Below are positions 51,240 to 63,804 of a stretch of 64,000 bases of DNA, piece by piece (the stretch's first letter is position 1; every line of letters starts with the position of its first letter). Origin of the DNA: Octopus vulgaris (lineage: Eukaryota); the NCBI GenBank assembly GCA_951406725.2, contig OX597827.1:10974001-11038000 (forward strand), in the 5' to 3' direction. Below the pieces are notes generated by a model. That model saw nothing but the letters and a program-made list of their open reading frames with translations, was not told the DNA's origin and did no database searches. The translations under genes were made by a program, and so were the position numbers.

Positions 51240-52460
51240 AAAGGCTGCATCAAAGGATTGGATCTCTTGAGAGAATGTTACCACCAGGATGAGCTGAAGA
51301 GGTGACTAAACAGGGGCTGGCTGATGAAGTGAAAAAATTAAGATTAAGAAGCTGGAAGAAAAGATGGAGCAAAGCAAATTTACAAAGGAAGTGAGAGATA
51401 TACTGCAAGAAACTTTAGTTCCAGAAGAAATGCATGTAGCAGAAGAGAATAAGCAGGGCTTGGATGTAGAAGAAGGAAATATACCAGCCAGAGAGACCCA
51501 CAGTGTACCTCTAACTCAGTGGTTCTCAGAAGGGATCTATATGGCTCTTGGGGGTCCATGTAGGACTTGGGGGTTCAAGTGAATCTTGGGGGTTCAAGGG
51601 AATCTCATATAAGATTTTGTTAAAATTTATTTGCAATAAATAACTCTTTTACTCTTTTACTCTTTTACCTGTTTCAGTCATTTGACTGCGGCCATGCTGG
51701 AGCACCGCTTTTAATCGAGCAACTCGACCCCGGGACTTATTCTTTTGTAAGCCCAGTACTTATTCTATCATTCTCTTTTACCGAACCGCTAAGTAACGGG
51801 GACGTAAACACACCAGCATCGGTTGTCAAGCAATGCTAGGGGGACAAACACAGACACACAAACACACACAAGCATATATATATACATATATACGACGGGC
51901 TTCTTTCAGTTTCCGTCTACCAAATCCACTCACAAGGCTTTGGTCGGCCCGAGGCTATAGTAGAAGACACTTGCCCAAGATGCCATGCAGTGGGACTGAA
52001 CCCGGAACCATGTGGTTGGTTAACAAGCTACTTACCACACAGCTACTCCTGTGCCTATAAGCTAGTTACTTTCTGTGACAAAATTTAAGAAGTGTTGCTT
52101 CTTGAAAAAAAGAAAGGACTGCCACCATTGGAATCATGTGACAGAACAAAGTTGAAGTCAGAGGTTGGGTAAGTGGATGCAGTGGTCCTGAGAATTCAAG
52201 GTAATGACATCACAGAGTTGAATTCTTTGATGTGTGCTACTGCATATGTCACCATGGAAAGAATGGGAACGTTGAGGGGAAGGAAAGAAAATTGAAGAAC
52301 TGTTCTGAAGAAGAAGAATCAAAGACAGTATTGACACATGGCGAATGTATTTGAGTACTACTGAGGAGTTAAGGCAAGGAAATATGTGGCTCAGGTAAAG
52401 AATGCGGAACCAACTGAATAGGAAATACCATCTGAAGGAGAATGGAGCTTTGTATTTCTA
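51240..52460 (+). mobile_element. Degraded R4/Dong-like N-terminal ORF region, interrupted by SINE A (51644-52036, -)
   Basis: Q.LADEV..I and NDITELNSLM.A.AYV..ERMG remnants; related segment at 48975-49090. Confidence 0.55.
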
Positions 52461-52489
52461 TACATGAACATCGAAATAAATATCAATGG

Positions 52490-52990
52490 AAATGATATCA
52501 ATGGAAATGATATAGTTTTGATACCTGTGCCGGTGGCACATAAAAAGCACCATCCGAATGTGGCCATTGCCAGCACCACCTCGACTGGCTTCTGTGCCGG
52601 TAGCACATAAAAAGCACCATCCGAACGTGGCCGATGCCAGCGCCGCCTCGACTGGCTTCTGTGCAGGTGGCACATAAAAAGCACTGTCTGAATGTGGCCG
52701 ATGCCAGCGCTGCCTCGACTGGCTTCCGTGCCGGTGGCACGTTAAAAGCTCCAACCGATCGTAGCCGATGCCGGACCCCCCCCCCCCGGCACCTGTGCAG
52801 GTGGCATGTAAAAAGCACCCACTACACTCACAAAGTGGTTGGCGTTAGGAAGGGCATCCACCTGTAGAAACACTGCCAGATCAGACTGGAGCCTGGTGTA
52901 GCCCCTGGCTTCCCAGAGCCCAGTTGAACCGTCCAACCCGTGCTAGTGCGGAAAGCAGACGTTAAACGATGATGATAATGATGATGATGA
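52490..52990 (+). mobile_element. RTE 3' UTR fragment with five tandem units
   Basis: gtgc(c/a)ggt(g/a)gcac x5 plus tail. Confidence 0.88.
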
Positions 52991-53169
52991 TACAGACATG
53001 AAGCTGTAACTTAATCAAACAGATATCACTCTCCTAAGGAAAGAGACCAATAAAAGGAATCTTCATTGATATAGCACTATACGAAGATCATAACATTATA
53101 AAGACAGAAAATGAGACAGCTGAATGGTATCAAAATCTTGCATTTGAAGGGAAGTGTATTTTTAGAGTT

Positions 53170-53622
53170 CAACAAACTTGAAATCTTCAAAGCCACAGTC
53201 GAACTAATTCTACTATATGGCTCAGAAACCTGGACGTTATCAAAGAAGCTTGAGAGGCGGTTGGATGGAACCTACACTCGCCTCCTTATGAGAGCTCAAA
53301 ATCTCTCGTGGAAGTGTCATCCAACCAAAATGCAAATATATGGGAAACTGCCACCTGTGTCATCTCTTGTGAAAGGTAAGAGAGTCCAGTTTGCTGGACA
53401 TTGTTATAGAGCTGAAAACGAGGCAATTTCTACTCTTCTCCTCTGGAAGCCATCTACTCGCAATACTAGAGGGTGCACACACTCCTACCCTGATGTAATC
53501 TCCAGGGATACAGGCATCCAGCAACAGGACTTCCGTAATGCCATGATGGACCGTGAAGTCTGGCTTAGCATGGTAAATTCCATTGTCTCAACCACGGTCG
53601 AACAATAATGATGATGATGATT
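53170..53622 (+). mobile_element. RTE-clade LINE RT C-terminus (distinct family)
   Basis: KLEIFKATVELILLYGSETWTL...RLDGTYTRLL...FAGHCYR; stop followed by (TGA)n. Confidence 0.88.
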
Positions 53623-53629
53623 TATAGAG

Positions 53630-53865
53630 CCTCAAAAGTGGGTGTGACACCCATTATGCTTGCTGCATTCAGAAACATCTCAAAGAACATATAAACCTGG
53701 CACGGGAAGTCACAACTACCAAACATCAATGGAAGTGAAAAGTTAGCTACCATACTCAGAACAAGCCCATGTGTTGAGAAGTGTTGTGTTTCTAAGCTGC
53801 AGGAAGGAGCCGAGACAAGACATGGATAACCCGGGAGAACATTAAGACTTGAGAAAATCCCCAAA
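53630..53865 (+). mobile_element. Degraded R4/Dong-like 3' end
   Basis: VTPIMLAAF...LATILRT.HVLRSV remnant followed by (TAA)n; similar remnant at 54430-54560. Confidence 0.5.
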
Positions 53866-53900
53866 ATAATATTAGTAACAACAACAACAACAACAATAAT

Positions 53901-53949
<49 letters not shown>

Positions 53950-54611
53950 GCTGCTCATGTATTTTAATTTAACTTCAAAAAAAAAAAAAATTTTTTAACT
54001 GAACGAACTATTGAGTTTGGTTTAATGGCCTACCAATGTATACTATGAGTTTCTTTGCCCTAGGAGTCGGGAAGACACTCGGCAAGAAATGGAAGCAAAT
54101 TTGAAAGAAGAAAAAAAAAGTAATAATAATAACAATAATAATAATAATAATAATAATAATAATCCTTTCTACTATAGGCACACAGACTGGATTTCGTGGG
54201 GAGAGGAGGGACAGTCAATCACATTGACCTTAGTACTTGACTGGTACTTAATTTATCGACCCCAAAAGATGAAAGACAAAGTCAACCTCGGCAGAATTCA
54301 AACTCGGAATGTAAAGGCAGACAAAAAACCACAAAAAGCATTTTTTCCCAGCATACTAATGATTCTGCCAGCTCATCACCTTAATAACAATCACAACAAC
54401 AACAACAACAACAGTTGCTATAATAATTTATTAATTTGTGCATTTGGCACAACATCCAAACTGCTACCAATTATTGGAATTGAGACTTGCATTGTTGACC
54501 CGCAGAAAAGTGAAATCCTGTATTCAGCAAGAATCCTTAGAAAATTTTTAAGGTTTGAAGAGAATTGTTGTTTGCAAACCTCAATACAATATCCCTGCTA
54601 ACTAATATATT

Positions 54612-54844
54612 TTTTTCTTTACTACCCACAAGGGGCTAAACATAGAGGGGACAAACAAGGAAAGACAAAGTGATTAAGTCGATTACATCGACTCCAGTGC
54701 ATAACTGGTACTTAATTTATCGACCCCGAAAGGATGAAAGGTAAAGTCAACCTCGGCGGAATTTGAACTCGGAACGTAACGACAAACGAAATACGGCTAC
54801 GCATTTCGCCCGGCGTGCTAACGGTTCTACCAGGTCACCGCCTT
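54612..54844 (-). mobile_element. SINE family B
   Basis: Full-length reverse-complement match. Confidence 0.9.
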
Positions 54845-54852
54845 AATATTGC

Positions 54853-55309
54853 TTACTCTTTTACTCTTTTACTTGTTTCAGTCATTTGACTGCGGCCATG
54901 CTGGAGCACCGCCTTTAATCAAGCAACTCGACCCCAGGACTTATTCTTTTGTAAGCCCAGTACTTATTCTATCAGTCTCTTTTGCCGAACCGCTAAGTGA
55001 CGGGGACATAAATACACCAGCATTGGTTGTCAAGCAATGCTAGGGGGACAAATACAGATACACAAACACACACACGCATATATATACATATATATGACGG
55101 GCTTCTTTCAGTTTCCATCTACCAAATCCACTCACAAGGCTTTGGTTGGCCCAAGGCTATAGTAGAAGACACCAGGACTTATTCTTTGTAAGCCTAGTAC
55201 TTATTCTATTGGTCCCTTTTGCCGAACCGCTAAGTTACGGGGACGTAAACACACCAGCATCGGTTGTCAACCGATGTTGTGGGACACACACACACAAACA
55301 TATACACAC

Positions 55310-55357
<48 letters not shown>

Positions 55358-55511
55358 GACGGGCTTCTTTCAGTTTCCGTCTACCAAATCCACTCACAAG
55401 GCTTTGGTCGGCCCGAGGCTATAGTAGAAGACACTTGCCCAAGGTGCCCCGCAGTGGGACTGAACCCGGAACCATGTGGTTGGTAAACAAGCTGCTTACC
55501 ATACAGCCACT
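54853..55511 (-). mobile_element. Composite SINE A with the same internal junction as 49215-49848
   Basis: Junction at 55172/55173. Confidence 0.88.
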
Positions 55512-57038
55512 GTAAAAGTCTTAATAATCATAAGTATAATACTAATTCTTTGTACTGTAGGCACTAAGCTTGGAATTTTATGGGAGGAATTAGTCAATTG
55601 CATTGATCCCAGCATCCAACTGCTGTTTTTTATCTACCTCAAAAGGATGAAAAAGTAATTAGAATTGGAATTTGGTAAGTAAAGCTGGAAGAACTGCCAG
55701 CAATTTTAGAAAATGAGGATTGTTCAATTATATGAATTCCAATATTTGACTGGTACCGAATTTCATTGATTCTGAAAGAATGACAGGCAAATTTGACCTC
55801 AATGAGATTTGAACTGAAAATGTTATGTTCTGGATCAAATTCCGCCGAGGTCGACTTTGCCTTTCATCCTTTCGGGGTCGATAAATTAAGTACCAGTTGC
55901 ACACTGGGGTCGATGTAATCGACTTAATACCTATGTCTGTCTTTGTTTGTCCCCTCTATGTTTAGCCCCTTGTGGGTAGTAAAGAAATATATACAGGAAA
56001 CAGACAATGAGAACAAAACTATATAGAAGGAATTACACAAGCTGTTCTGTAGGTGGACCTCAGACCAATCGAGGGTGTGTTTGTGTATGTGTGTGGTCGT
56101 TGTGTCTGTGTTTTGTGGTTGTCCCAAAACACTGTTTGACAACCAGTGTTGGTGTTTTTACATCCCTGTATTATACTCAGCAGTTCAGCAAACTAGACTG
56201 ATAGAATAGATACCTAGCTTAAAACAAATAAGCACCGGGATTGATTAATTCAACTAAAATTATTGAAGGTGATGCCCCAGCATGGCCACAATCTAATGAA
56301 TGAAACTAAATTAAAGGCAATAAAGAAAGGATGCAAAATGACAGACTGATCAAGGTTGGAACATGTTTTAGCATAGGTTTTGTTCAAATCAGGGTTGACT
56401 TGGAAATAAACAACAAAAACAAAACAACCAAACTACCTGGCATTTTACAGTCTGTTTGCTGCTCTGCCACAAAGTCTTTATCCCTGACCTCATTTGCCTT
56501 GCTGCCATAGTGACCAACATTACATCCTACTTGGCCATTGTAACTCTCCACATAAGGTCATACATTTGAAAAGATACGTTATTGGTTTAAAGGTTATTAG
56601 TTGTTTTTTTTTATATTTATAGCAGTCTCAGTTGACTTTCTTTACAAAAGCACCATTACCTAAACACTCTCACTACACCCTCTCTGCTACCATTACACAC
56701 ACTCTCTCAATGAGGTGGTTTGATCACTTAGAAATAGCAGCTGAATCTCTCTTGAATCACACCCTTTTTCCTTCGTAGGCATCAAGTTGACAAAAGACTT
56801 TTACAGACTTCTTTGACTGAATGGTTATCATAGGATTTATATGGGAGAATATAAAGATGTTTGAGGCACATGGCTTAGTGCTCATGGTGTTGGAATCATT
56901 CTCATAAGATTGTGATTTCAATTCCTGAACCAGGTGACGTGTTGTGTTTTTGAGCAAAACACTTAATTTCATGTTACTCCAGTCTGCGCGCACACACACA
57001 CACACATGCATGTATGTATGCATGCATGTATGTAGGTG

Positions 57039-57069
<31 letters not shown>

Positions 57070-57098
57070 CAAAATAAAAACATGATGCAAAGGATTTA

Positions 57099-57186
57099 GC
57101 GGTACATATGTTTCTGGCTTTTATTAGACGGTTTATATCAATGCATAATTGATATAACATGTAGGTCAATAGCCTTCTTCAGCCGC
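57099..57186 (-). ncRNA. Type I hammerhead ribozyme, mirror copy on the minus strand
   Basis: Reverse complement of 57484-57571 with no mismatch seen by eye. Confidence 0.75.
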
Positions 57187-57483
57187 GTACAATTACTACT
57201 TCAAGGACATGTATTACATTATAAGTTTGGGAAAAAGATGATTTACGTTGGGGATGCAAATCCTCATAGTCGTGTACAACAGAACGAGGCACCAAAACAA
57301 AAACAAAGCGTCCACCTGTTTTTCACTCGTTTTTCTACATCGAGTGAAAAACGGGTGGACGCTTTGTTTTTGTTTTGGTGCCTCATTCTGTTGTACACGA
57401 CTATGAGGATTTGCATCCCTAACGTAAATCATCTTTTTCCCAAACTTATAATGTAATACATGTCCTTGAAGTAGTAATTGTAC

Positions 57484-57571
57484 GCGGCTGAAGAAGGCTA
57501 TTGACCTACATGTTATATCAATTATGCATTGATATAAACCGTCTAATAAAAGCCAGAAACATATGTACCGC
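57484..57571 (+). ncRNA. Type I hammerhead ribozyme (minimal stem III, extended stem II)
   Basis: gcgg-CTGAAGA-a-ggct...agcc-a-GAAAC-ATAT-GTA-ccgc; predicted cleavage after A57567. Confidence 0.75.
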
Positions 57572-57672
57572 TAAATCCTTTGCAGCATGTTTTTATTTTG
57601 ATAAATATACTCTATCACCTACACCACTAAATGGCATATACAGGTGCTTACAATTATCAAGTATTCACCCTG

Positions 57673-57739
<67 letters not shown>

Positions 57740-57777
57740 TGTATGTATGTATGTATGTGTGTGTGTATGTATATAAG

Positions 57778-58165
57778 CACAGGTGTAGTTGTGTAGTAAG
57801 AAGCTTGCTCCTAACCACATGGTTCCAGGTGCAGTTTGACTGCATGACACTTTGGGAAAGTGTCTTCTGCCATAGCCTAGGGTCGACCAAAGCCCGGTGA
57901 GTAGATTTGGTAGATGGAAACTGAAAGAAGCCCGTTTTGTGTGTGTGTTTGCATCTACGTTTGTCCTCCACCACTGCTTGATAATTGTTGTTGGTGTGTT
58001 TACATCCCTGTAACTTAGCAGTTTGGCAAAAGAGACCAATAGAATAAGTACCAGATTTTAAAAAAGCAAAATACTGGGGGTCAAATCATTCAACTAAAAA
58101 ATTCTTTAAGGTGCTGCCCCATCACGGCCACAGTCTAATGATTGAAACAAGTAAAAGATAAAAGA
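57778..58165 (+). mobile_element. SINE family A, older copy
   Basis: Diverged match. Confidence 0.8.
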
Positions 58166-58269
58166 TATATATATATATAATAATAATTATTATTATATGA
58201 GGGATTATTATTCCAAACTTACAGGGAAAAATTGTATTTAGAAATACTAAATCAAATTTCACAAAATAT

Positions 58270-58417
<148 letters not shown>

Positions 58418-58452
58418 TATAAAAATATATATAAATATATATATATATATAA

Positions 58453-58493
<41 letters not shown>

Positions 58494-58510
58494 TATATCT
58501 GTATCTATCC

Positions 58511-58554
<44 letters not shown>

Positions 58555-59199
58555 AAGATTCACTCACAAGGCATTGGTCAATTTTGGGCTATAGTAGAAG
58601 ACACTCAAAGTACTACACAGAGATACTGAACCCAAAACTACACAGTTGCAAAGCAAGTTTCTTAACCACACAGCCATGTCTGTGCCTCTTAAAATATTTG
58701 AAACCACCTCCAACTAAAACCTAGAAAATATTTTAGAATTTCCCCCGAACTAACATCATGATGTAATTCCACTCAACTAGTCTAACTTATCATTTCCTTT
58801 ACTACTGCTTCTGTCAGCCTAGTAGTATCTTTTAATGTAGTCCACAGATCTGAACATCTCATATTGTATGCTGTTAATCCTGTCACAACCTTTACTGCAA
58901 GGATAAAAGCTGATAAATTATCAGTAACCAAAATCTGAACAGTGAATCATAGCTAATAATTTAGGGAACAATTTCATTTTCTTTTCCAGGTTCTGGAGAA
59001 ATGGTCTTCATTGCTCTTGGCTTGAGTGCTAAACTAGCTGTTATTTGATTCAATTTGTTGATCGCCAATGTGATAAGGTATATAAAAGTGCAAATTAAAT
59101 AAAAATTGCAAAGATTATGAAAGATTGGTAACCTTAAATAATATATATATATATATATATATACATATACAAATACATAGGCAGACATACACGCACATG

Positions 59200-59230
<31 letters not shown>

Positions 59231-59467
59231 ATGCATACATTCACACATATGAGTATGTGTGTATATATGTTTCTTTTAAGTGTATGCATGTGTATGCATA
59301 TGTATTAGCTGTTATTTTAATTTAGCTTCAGGTCAGCTTTGATAGAGCTGACGTGCGATCAAAGGCATTCCAGCTCTGACCGTATCCACCACTTTTGCAG
59401 GCATATGTATTTCAAAGTAGATTATTCAATGTGTCCAGTCCCCACTCCATGCTCTCAAAAAATGGTA

Positions 59468-59684
59468 TTCTCTTTTACTCTTTTACTTGTTTCAGTCATT
59501 TGACTGCGGCCATGCTGGAGCACCGCCTTTAGTTGAGCAAATCGACCCCGGGACTTATTCTTTGTAAGCCTAGTACTTATTCTATTGGTGTCTTTTGCTG
59601 AACCGCTAAGTGACGGGGACGTAAACACACCAGCATCGGTTGTCAAGCAATGCTAGGGGGACAAACACAGACACACAAACATAT

Positions 59685-59721
<37 letters not shown>

Positions 59722-59882
59722 CGACAGGCTTCTTTCAGTTTCCGTCTACCAAATCCACTCACAAGGCTTTGGTCGGCCTGAGGCTATAGCAGAAGGCACT
59801 TGCCCAAGATGCCACACAGTGGGACTGAACCCAGAACCATGTGGTCGGTTAGAAAGCTACTTACCACACAGCCACTCCTGCG
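59468..59882 (-). mobile_element. SINE family A
   Basis: Full-length reverse-complement match. Confidence 0.92.
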
Positions 59883-60324
59883 ATGAAATAAGTCTCAGCT
59901 GAGTACTGGAGTTGATATAATGAACTTAATCTTTCCCCCAAATTTCGGGCTATGTAACTATAGTTGAAAGAATATTAGTCTTATGTAGAAACAGAAAAAT
60001 CGTTTGTAAGAAGGTAGTGTTCTGAATGTCTTTACGTTCTGAGTTCAAATTCCGCTGAGTGCGAATTTGCTTTCTCCCTTTCAAGGTTGATAAAATAAAT
60101 ACAAGTAAAGTACTGGGGGTTGATGTAATTGACTAGCCCCCTCCCCTCAAAACCTGCTGGCCTTGTGCCAGAATTTGAAATCATTTATAAATTTACTATG
60201 ACTGAAGTTTATTGTATTAAAGTGATTTAAATTAAAACTTCCCTCCATATTCTGTGTTTTTTGCATGGTGATTGATGCAACTCAGTACATTGGTTACACC
60301 AGTGTAAAAAGACATACAGCCACA

Positions 60325-60710
60325 TTGTGCTTCCCAACCACATAGTTCTGGGTTCAATCCCAATGCATAGCACCTTAGGGAAATGTCTTCTACTACAGCC
60401 TCAGGCCGAACAAAGCCTTGTGAGTGGATTTGTAGACAGAAACTGAAAGAAACTCATCATATGTGTGTGTGTCTGCGTGTGTGTGTGTGTGTATGTGTGT
60501 GTCTTTGTATTAGTGTTTGTCCCCCACCAACATTACTTGACAACTGATGTTGGTGTGTTTATATCACTGTAACTTAGCAGTTCAGCAATAGAGACCGTTA
60601 GAATAAGTACTAGGCTTACAAAGAATAAGCGCCAGGGTCAATTTCTTTGACTAAAAAAAAACATTTAAAGTGATGCTCCAGCATGGCCACAGTCAAATGA
60701 CTGAAACAAA
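60325..60710 (+). mobile_element. SINE family A, diverged
   Basis: Match to the family. Confidence 0.85.
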
Positions 60711-60764
60711 AGAACTTATATCATTATCATCATCCTCATCATAATAATCATAGAACGTGCCTAA

Positions 60765-61130
60765 GAGAACCATCCGAACGTGGCTGTTGCCAGCGCCGCC
60801 CTGACTGGCTTCCGTGCCAGTGGCACGTAAAAAGCACCATCCAATCGTGGCCGTTTGCCAGCCTCGCCTGGCCTCCATGCCGGTGGCACGTAAAAAGCAC
60901 CATCTGATCGTGGCTGTTTGCCAGCCTCGTCTGGCACCTGTGCCGGTGGCACGTAAAAAGCACCCACTACACTCATGGAGTGGTTGGTGTTAGGAAGGGC
61001 ATCCAGCCGTAGAAACATTGCCAGATCAGACTGGGCCTGGTGCAGCCTTCTGTCTTCCCAGACCCCAGTTGCACCGTCCAACCCATGCCAGCATGGAAAA
61101 CGGACGCTAAATGATGATGATGATGATGAT
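60765..61130 (+). mobile_element. RTE 3' UTR fragment
   Basis: Tandem units plus (GAT)n. Confidence 0.88.
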
Positions 61131-61849
61131 TGTCATCATGATCAATATCACCATCATTCCAATGTCCACATTCCCATGCTTGCATGGACTTGACAGAACA
61201 TTGTCCAGGCAGGTTTTCTATGGCTAAGATGCTTGTCCTGTTGCCATAACTTAGCAGTTTGGCAAAAAATATCAACAGAATAAGTGCCAGACTTAGAATA
61301 TGTACAAAGGCTGAGTTACATGACTAAAACCCTTGTAATTAGTGCCCAGCATGGCCACAGTCCAAAAGCTGAAAGAACTAAAAACTAAAAAGATAGAAGA
61401 TAACCGCTAATATTTATGATGTATAAGATAGTACTTTCCAGATTATTCACAAAGATTTCTACATAAATTTGATTTACATTTCTAGCCATGTTTTAATTTA
61501 CTGGAATAACACTTGAGTAAAATTATGATAACATAACAATTGAACTGAAAATGTCATGTACAAGCAGTTATATGGTGGAAGGGAGGTGCTTTAAGTCATG
61601 TAGAAGTCTTCTGGTTCTTCTTCGTTTTTTTCTTCTTCTAATGAAAATAAAACTTATAAATAAACAAATAAAAAATCATAAATGATGAGATTATTTCAGA
61701 GCAAAAACGGGGGGGGGGGCGGAGAGGTGCCAAGAGAACAAACAATAGAAAGGCAAAGTAGGAAATTCAATTCAGTAATTTAAGTAACAGTGGGATTGTG
61801 TTTCAGGGGGAAAGAAGAGTCTGCTAGAGAGAAGTATGAGAAAATGCTT

Positions 61850-62004
61850 AAAATAATAATAATAATGATAATGATGATAATAATAATAATAATAATAATA
61901 ATAATAGTAATAATAATAATAATAATAATGATAGTAATAATAATGATAATAATAATAATAATAATAATAGTAATAATAATAATAATAATAATAATGATAA
62001 TAAT

Positions 62005-62067
<63 letters not shown>

Positions 62068-62077
62068 GATGATGATG

Positions 62078-62122
<45 letters not shown>

Positions 62123-62134
62123 GTAGTAGTAGTA

Positions 62135-62193
<59 letters not shown>

Positions 62194-62197
62194 AATA

Positions 62198-62228
<31 letters not shown>

Positions 62229-62333
62229 TTAATAATAATAATAATAATTATAATAATGATAATAATAATGATGATGATAATAATAATAATAATAGTAGTA
62301 ATAATAATAATAATATTAATAATAATAATAATG

Positions 62334-62416
<83 letters not shown>

Positions 62417-62444
62417 TATAATAATGATAATAATAATGATGATG

Positions 62445-62505
<61 letters not shown>

Positions 62506-62587
62506 TGATGATGATGATGATAATAATAATGATAATAATAATAATGATAATAATAGTAATAATAATAATAATAATAATGATAATAAA
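61850..62587. repeat. (AAT)n microsatellite of about 740 bp with GAT/AGT interruptions
   Basis: Directly visible. Confidence 0.98.
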
Positions 62588-63309
62588 AACTGAACAAAAA
62601 AAAAAAAACAGGGTGCTGGAAGAGTGTGAACGATTTTGTGTTCAATAGGACTTATTTCTATAGAGATACTAATTTTAACCATTTTGGAATGTTAAATATT
62701 TCACAATTTTTGGATCAAATTTATGGCAGGGATTGTTTTTCCAAATGAGAAGAAATATGTGTAATTTGCGGCCAACTTATTAAATGCATTTGTTATTTTT
62801 TTCTTTTAAAAATATTCAATGCTGTTTTTTTTGTTTTTTTTTTTTTTTTTTTGCTTTTCTTTTCTTCCTAGTTTCTGTTTTCGATGATGTAAAAATGTTT
62901 TGTGATAATTTCCAGTATTTTAAGATAAGTCACAACCTCTACAGTTAAATCAATGTGTAAGAAGCAGATAGGCATGATGTCTTATTGTTCAAGATTAATT
63001 TTCAATGCACAGTACCCTCATCAGCTGTATATCTATAATCATACAGAATCTTTCATCTTTAAGTTCAACGAAAAATATAGGTCATATACAATCAATATTG
63101 ATTTAATCAGTTTCTTGCAGAAATTTGCATGCTACGTATAATGCAAAGCATGCTACTGAAACTCTAAGCAATCTACATATTCAATGAACATGCCATCTAA
63201 AAACTAAATGCACTGCCTCAAAAGGCAGCTTTCCAATGTAGAATATAAGCAAGCTATCTGCAAACTAAACATTCTACCAAAATAGCAATACTCTCTTTAC
63301 AATCTTTTC

Positions 63310-63709
63310 ACTCTTTTTCTTGTTTCAGTCATTTTGACTGCGGCCATGCTGGAGCACCGCCTTTTAGTCGAGCAACTCGGCCCCGGGACTTATTCTTTTG
63401 TAAGCCCAGTACTTATTCTATCGGTCTCTTTTGCTGAACCGCTAAGTGACGAGGACGTAAACACACCAGCATCGGCTGTCAAGCAATGCTAGGGGGACAA
63501 ACACAGACACACAAACACATACACACACATATATATAAATACATATATACGACGGGCTTCTTTCAGTTTCCGTCTACCAAATCCACTCACAAGGCGTTGG
63601 TTGGCCCGAGGCTATAGCAGAAGACACTTGCCCAAGATGCCACGCAGTGGGACTGAACCCGGAACCATGTGGTTGGTTAGCAAGCTACTTACCACACAGC
63701 CACTCCTGC
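63310..63709 (-). mobile_element. SINE family A
   Basis: Full-length reverse-complement match. Confidence 0.92.
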
Positions 63710-63804
63710 AAATGTATTTGATGTAGAGAGACAAGAAATTCTAATCAAGATTATTAAATGACTAATTTTGCTCAAAAATCTAGGGAGGCAACTGGACCAA
63801 ACCA

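Larger units (their letters stand above)
57061..57609. repeat. 549-bp near-perfect palindrome (269-bp arms, 11-nt loop)
   Basis: Arms 57061-57329 and 57341-57609; about 4 mismatches by eye; loop tttttctacat. Confidence 0.98.

Noticed and set aside
52520-52830. CRISPR-like repeat-spacer appearance
   Set aside because: The spacers are homologous to each other, the array is part of an RTE 3' UTR, the context is eukaryotic and there are no cas genes.
57214-57456. Twin 72-aa ORFs on opposite strands
   Set aside because: A by-product of the palindrome, with no recognisable protein similarity.
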